NCBI GenBank assembly: GCA_036172245.1
Contig: JAYWIR010000017.1
Coordinates: 186,001 to 250,000, forward strand
DNA length: 64,000 nucleotides
Source: Raillietiella orientalis
Lineage: Eukaryota
Reading direction: 5' to 3'
The notes under the pieces were generated by a model. That model searched no databases. It saw only the letters and a list, made by a program, of their open reading frames with translations, and had not been told where the DNA came from. Shown in pieces: positions 58,701 through 64,000 of the stretch. Each line of letters opens with the position of its first letter. The first letter of the stretch is position 1. Both the position numbers and the translations under genes were made by a program.

Positions 58701-61063
58701 CTGCAAGTCTCCGGAGTTCACACGTCTTGAAGTCTGTACTTTGCATTTCAGTTTAACAGTCTTACCACCCTGTTTTCGTGTGAAAATTGGAATGCGCACC
58801 TTCTACAATTTTGGTGGCTTGAGAAGCGCCTGCGTGTTCCGAGGAAAACTGGAGTTCCAAGAAACCTAAGTTCCTCTCAAGTTCCAAGGAAAACTGGCAA
58901 CCACAATTGCCTTGAAACCTTTTGGTTGTCAAGTTCTTCAGTTCTTAAGTACCAGTCCAGAAGAAGTTGGTAATGAAGAATAAACTAATGTTCCTATTGC
59001 AACGAATTCCCCGACTGTCTTCGGAAATGCTGTGTTCATTTGTATAGTACAATAACTTTCGGCAGACCTATTCCAGGCTGCTGAAGTTTCTGACAAAACG
59101 CAGCACGAGGAGCAGCAAAGTTTCTACTGGACAAAATGCCGGGGGGGGGGGGGAGACCATCCTGAATTCAAGCACACAAACTTGCCATGTGTAATAGAGT
59201 TTAAATACTATGAATAATTTGCAACTGCAGGAATAAGTCATCCAAACTTACGAAATGCTACGAATCACAAAGATGTTTAATAGTGTTGGTACCGAATCTT
59301 ATTGGTAAATTTGCAGAACATACGTAAAGAATTATGGAGAATTCGGACATTACCACTGCATAATCGAAGGTTATCTGAAAAAATCCGAACGTCAAGAAAA
59401 CTGGTGTTCAGTTGTCAACAGCCAAAAAAGGTTAGAATCCTTTATTATTATTCGATATGAATCAAATCTTTAATTTAAATTAAAACAATTCAAAAAATCT
59501 GAGTAATAGGAATACAATAATTTTGATGCAGAATAAATGACTGCAAACATATTCTGTTAATCCATCCATGTGCATGATATGAGGCACTTTTCTTAAGGCG
59601 TCAAAAACATAAGGTTGTTAATATGGAAATTCAAATTTTTCAAATAAGTTTTTTTTTGTAGTCCTTGGATACGTTTACTCTTGCTTCCTGAAACATAGTT
59701 TACAAAAATGATAGCAGCCAAAAATACAAAAGATGACAAAAAACTCTGAATACATTTTGGAAACAGTGCAGTTATTATTCTGATTCCAATTTTGCTACTA
59801 TCAGCTGAAGAAAAGATTATCAGACGTACAGGTAGTGAAAATGAAAAGGGTTTCTTAGAATCGTAAATGATGGCAAGAAAACTAAAATGAAATGAATTAC
59901 GTAGAGATGAACACATCCTTTTATTTGCTATTATTTTTTTGTGGTAAGAGTCAAACACTCAAGTAACACTCATGAATAAGACAGATCCTACAAAGCATCT
60001 CATTAGCTACCTTTAAATAAAAGCAAGCAAAGGTTAACATTCATTGCATAAAGCTAATGTGAAATCACCAGAAACATGGTTCATCAATGCTGCTAAATTA
60101 GTTCAGCTATTTATTTTAAATACCAATTTCTATTTTCTTCAAACATTTACCAGAGACCAAGTTAATCTAATTAGTAGAGATTCAATTCTTACAACAAACT
60201 ATTAGTATTCTTTGTTGTTCTCTCTACTTTGATTATCATGGCTTCAATTCACAACGGAAAAAAAATCAACTAGTCTTAATTAATAACATTTTCCAATGAT
60301 TTAGCAGATTCATTAACAAGTGAACACAACAGTTAAACCAAATGCTTGGAAACCACTTCTCTAAAGCAATCATTCAGAAAAATATTTAAGATACTTTTGT
60401 AGAGTAACCTTTCAAGTGAAGGGATCCTATCAAGAGGACAATTGTCATTGTACCTATACATTATTTGACAATTTCCAAAAAGAATTTTCATGACACTAAC
60501 AAATATGAATCCTTGTTTAGTATGACTTGTGTGACCATCTTTATCTGCACTCCTCAAATAAGAAACTTTCAAGCAATCACGATATAAATCAAATGGGAAA
60601 TGTATTTTTCAGATTCATATTTATCGATTCAAATTTTTGTGCATTGATCATTGATTAATCTACATAATTAATCTGTGTAAGTCTCATTAAATTAGTGCTA
60701 TAGAACCAGGTGATCAACTGCTGGATAATCCATAGAAAACTAAAGGAGATTCATACAAAACAAATACACAGAGTATTGTGTATATCACCACTAGTAATCA
60801 AACAGCCACCATAATGTTTAGTCTCTTAACCATACATACATTTACATCTTAATTACAATATTCTTATATTCTTTATTACATATAACACTTAACAAACTCA
60901 CGAAATATAATAAGAGCAAAAGTTCGAAAAAATCCAAGTAAAAATGATATACAAAGGAATAGGTTTGCAAAACTACGTAAGACATGATGACGAATTCACA
61001 AGCAAATATATAAGATAAAAGACTAACTAGTGTATGAAATTGCAAATCATAAGTGCAGGCATT

Positions 61064-62702
61064 TTATTTCAGTGGCATTGATTCCAGGGATCCGGAGGAG
61101 TTGCGGGAGTATGATCGCTTTCCTGAAATACAGCTTCTTCCAGTTCCTGGAAATGCATTTTTTAGTAAGACTGCAAAACAATGCTGGTCTTGAAACAAAC
61201 CAGTTACAAAACTTCTTTCACGCCGAGGAGTCAGGAATGATTTTTCCCCTTCTATGCTGCTTAATGATAAATCCGACCCTGTTCTCGATGGAGGTCTAGA
61301 GCCTTTACCTTTTGTTTTTGAACTGTTATATCTGTAAAAGTAAATCATTTTTCACCTCTGAATTTCGAAAGTCCAGGAGTTGAGGCATTTCCTTTCGTCT
61401 CCATAGGCGTACTGCGAGAAGTTTTCTCTCTAATCTAGAATTGGATATTTTAAATAATGATCTTTACAGTAATTTGCTATTATGAAGCACAAGTGAAATC
61501 TCTGAAACTTAACATCACACCTTACCTTTGTTTTCTGTTTCTGACAAAAGGAACAGATGTTGATGTTGTGAGTATACCATGGGAGCATAGCAAAAGAGAA
61601 ATCAGGAGTGGAGAGATTGCCTTTAAAAAGGATGTCTGCAGAGAAATAAAGTACCAAAGAAATATTTATACCCAAGGATTCATTTTTATAAAGTGCAACT
61701 ATAATATAAGGAAACATATAAGGAAAGAATACGAAAACACAAGTGAGAGCAGCCATTCATACTTACCAATTCATGAGATACAACACACTCATACTTGTGA
61801 ACTCCTTACCTTTGTTATAGGTCCAGGTTGTGAAGACAATGGAGAACTATGTCTGGGTTTAAAAGGTGTCATACTCTGAGAAGCTCCTTGTGGCAATATA
61901 AATTGTTCTCGCAACTCAATATTTGTACGACCTTTAGCTAATAACAGATGGGAGTAAATAAGAGAGAGAGCAACTCAATTAAAAGTGTGCTTCTAAGAAT
62001 AAGAAAATAAATTTACTGTGCTACAAATCAGAATGTACTGTTAAAAACAACAGTGCAAAAGACCGAGAAGCGTTTGCAGTGCTTTGTAAACAAAAACTCC
62101 AATGAAGAACTAAAATTTCGTGCACAGATAACTTCCAATAATGCAAGCACATGCAAAGACAACACAACTTACAGGAATGAACTGCTAATGGACACCATCT
62201 TTTGTGTAAGTCCTCAGCATGAGATTGGAATAAGGAAATGACTTGTGGGAGGACTGCAGAAGGTGAATCATGTATCATCAATCACACATATTAGCATTCA
62301 AGAAAAGAAGAGGTACGAGCAATTCCAAAATATAGATTAATAATGTGAATAATATGGTAATAATGTCAGTACACAAACTATTAGTAAATGGTCAGCAGTT
62401 ATTTCCCCAAAGTTTACTTCAGCCAGGCAGGAATTAAACAGTTATTTTGTAATTTTTCTGAGATCTGAATTACAATTATAGCATTAGAAAAGCGCAAGTA
62501 TCCTTAAGAGAACAAAATTCACTGACATTTACAGAACTCATTATTTCCTCGGTGTACATTTCAAGGATGTAACAAATTACTTACCTCGGCATGGGTCATT
62601 TTTTAGCAAAAACTCATCCAAGGCGCACCAACCACCACCAACTCTCACCATCACCGTTGAGCGTAGGATTCTTACCAGACGTAATTTCTGGTTTTCTCCA
62701 AA
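61064..62702 (-). CDS. shot: Spectraplakin (short stop/MACF1/dystonin-like), 3' end: GAR domain C-half and GSR-rich tail; gene continues beyond the window end
   Basis: Exon 62702-62585 [39 protein letters not shown] (GAS2/GAR signature); exon 61937-61810 [34 protein letters not shown]; exon 61434-61356 [11 protein letters not shown]; then [16 protein letters not shown] (~61300-61255), likely intron 61200-61147 and stop at 61066-61064. Confidence 0.92.
61526..61540 (-). CDS. shot: Candidate 15-nt microexon (KQKTK) of spectraplakin
   Basis: TTCCTTTTGTCAG|AAACAGAAAACAAAG|GTAAGG, phase 0-0 like the flanking junction. Confidence 0.5.
61810..61937 (-). CDS. shot: Spectraplakin post-GAR exon
   Basis: [22 protein letters not shown]; donor AAG|GTAAGG. 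Confidence 0.93.
62173..62253 (-). CDS. shot: Candidate 81-nt cassette exon of spectraplakin
   Basis: CTAAT branch-like motif, CCTTCTGCAG acceptor, CCT|GTAAGT donor, phase 1-1, no stop: [27 protein letters not shown]. Confidence 0.6.
62585..62702 (-). CDS. shot: Spectraplakin GAR-domain exon
   Basis: TTTTAG acceptor, [26 protein letters not shown], donor GAG|GTAAGT; not in the ORF track. Confidence 0.95.
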
Positions 62703-63147
62703 CTAAAACAAAACATACTTGAATGAGATATGATGCTTTACGATTTATGATCAACAAATGCGACGAACCAATAGCCTTTTATAATGTTGTGTACCACCAA
62801 GTGTTGCAAAATCCGTACTTAATTAGCTACAGCAAAGCACACTAAATTCTATTTAAAAATGTGATCGATATTCAGTTTTTTAATTGTAACTAATGACCTT
62901 AAAAATTCAAATTACTTGACAAAATTCCACAATAATCTCATTTCTCAGACATGTTTTTTATTCAGAAATATTATTTAAACGTCTTTATTCTTTATATCTT
63001 AATACGAATCTGTACAAAAATTGAATGGCCAAAAACTGTTTATTAAAAACAATGGTAAATTTAACTCACTTTTGCCTAATTCGATGCTGCATTTATTATT
63101 ATGAAAAGTATTTCATATCTGTTAAGATGGTGGAAAATTGATTAGGG

Positions 63148-63549
63148 ATGCATGCAAAATCCAAAGTGCACAAATACGCCAGCAGACTTAGACTCAAATT
63201 AATACATTCCAAATGTTTAAAACCAATCGACTATTCTTGCAAGGGATTAGAAGACCCAAAAAGCTACTCAGAAACATATTTTGAAAGCGTCAATTACATA
63301 AGTTTTAATGGTGAATTCATAGTTTTCTTCACAAAACTAGCAAAAAATGCTGCAGAGCAACTAAACATTGAGAAGCGTCAATGTAAGATCAAAAATGGAT
63401 TCAAAGAGATGAGAGATAAGTCCACAAATAAAACTGCAGATCCAACAATTGAAGGAATTATCAACACGCCAAATCTGTACAAAAACAGACGTGATTTGTG
63501 TAATATAGTAATTATAGAGAGTTTTGGTGATTTATTTTTCAAAATGTAA
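63148..63549 (+). mobile_element. Possible hAT-like transposase remnant antisense in a spectraplakin intron
   Basis: FIVFFTKLAKNAAEQLNIEKRQCKIKNGFKEM resembles the ZMYM1-like hAT segment F.....AK..A..L.IE..KR.RK.K..F.E; no other motifs seen. Confidence 0.2.
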
Positions 63550-64000
63550 ACAATAAATAACCAAAAATGAGTTATGTACGACTCTTTTGCTGATAGCAGT
63601 AGGTGGGAAAACAACAACTGTTAAGAATGAATCGAAAAGAATCGTCACTTTTGATTTCCGTTCTCATAAAGCGCAGATGAACTCTTACAACAAATAATGT
63701 TTTATAATGAAAGCCACAAATTCAAAACAAATAGTGAATTATGAAACAAATTTGATAATTGATTTCTTTCCTTACTAGTAGGAAAAACTTGACATGACAT
63801 GAACTATCTTATAAGGAATGCAATGTCTGTTCCAATGAACATAACAACTGATGAGACTATTGAAATAACAGAACCAAATCATAAATACAGCAAGGTCGAC
63901 ATTTCACGATCTGGTATATCTTTTAACTGGTGTGACAACCTTATTCATTCAAATAGAAAAAAATATGCAAGAGCAGTATTCATAGAAATTTTGAAAAAAA

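Overview
Eukaryotic, compact-intron invertebrate nuclear DNA (probably an arthropod; the taxon cannot be fixed from this window). Three spliced genes can be reconstructed, all on the minus strand. (1) A complete 12-exon SIPA1L/SPAR-family Rap GTPase-activating protein gene (16441..2815, 1299 aa by my exon sum; RapGAP, PDZ and C-terminal coiled coil). (2) A 5-exon RGK-family (Rad/Gem/Kir/Rem) small GTPase gene (55747..35176, 438 aa) with an atypical GKG P-loop. (3) The 3' end of a spectraplakin gene (shot/MACF1/dystonin-like; GAR domain and GSR tail, 62702..61064) with candidate cassette and micro-exons. An unprocessed actin pseudogene (22456..23572, +) lies between SIPA1L and RGK. About 25.5-55 kb is a conspicuously GC/CpG-rich domain inside AT-rich flanks. 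It is littered with decayed fossils: a mitochondrial nad6 copy, weaker nad5/nad4-like pieces, a full-length hAT transposase ghost, a Helitron Rep-like piece, a flap-nuclease-like transposon piece and a RING-H2 fragment. Most ORF-track entries there are spurious products of high GC. I found no CRISPR array, rRNA or convincing tRNA, and no clearly novel multi-gene system. The best leads are the regional GC shift recorded in the fossils, the degenerate RGK GTPase and the spectraplakin tail splicing.
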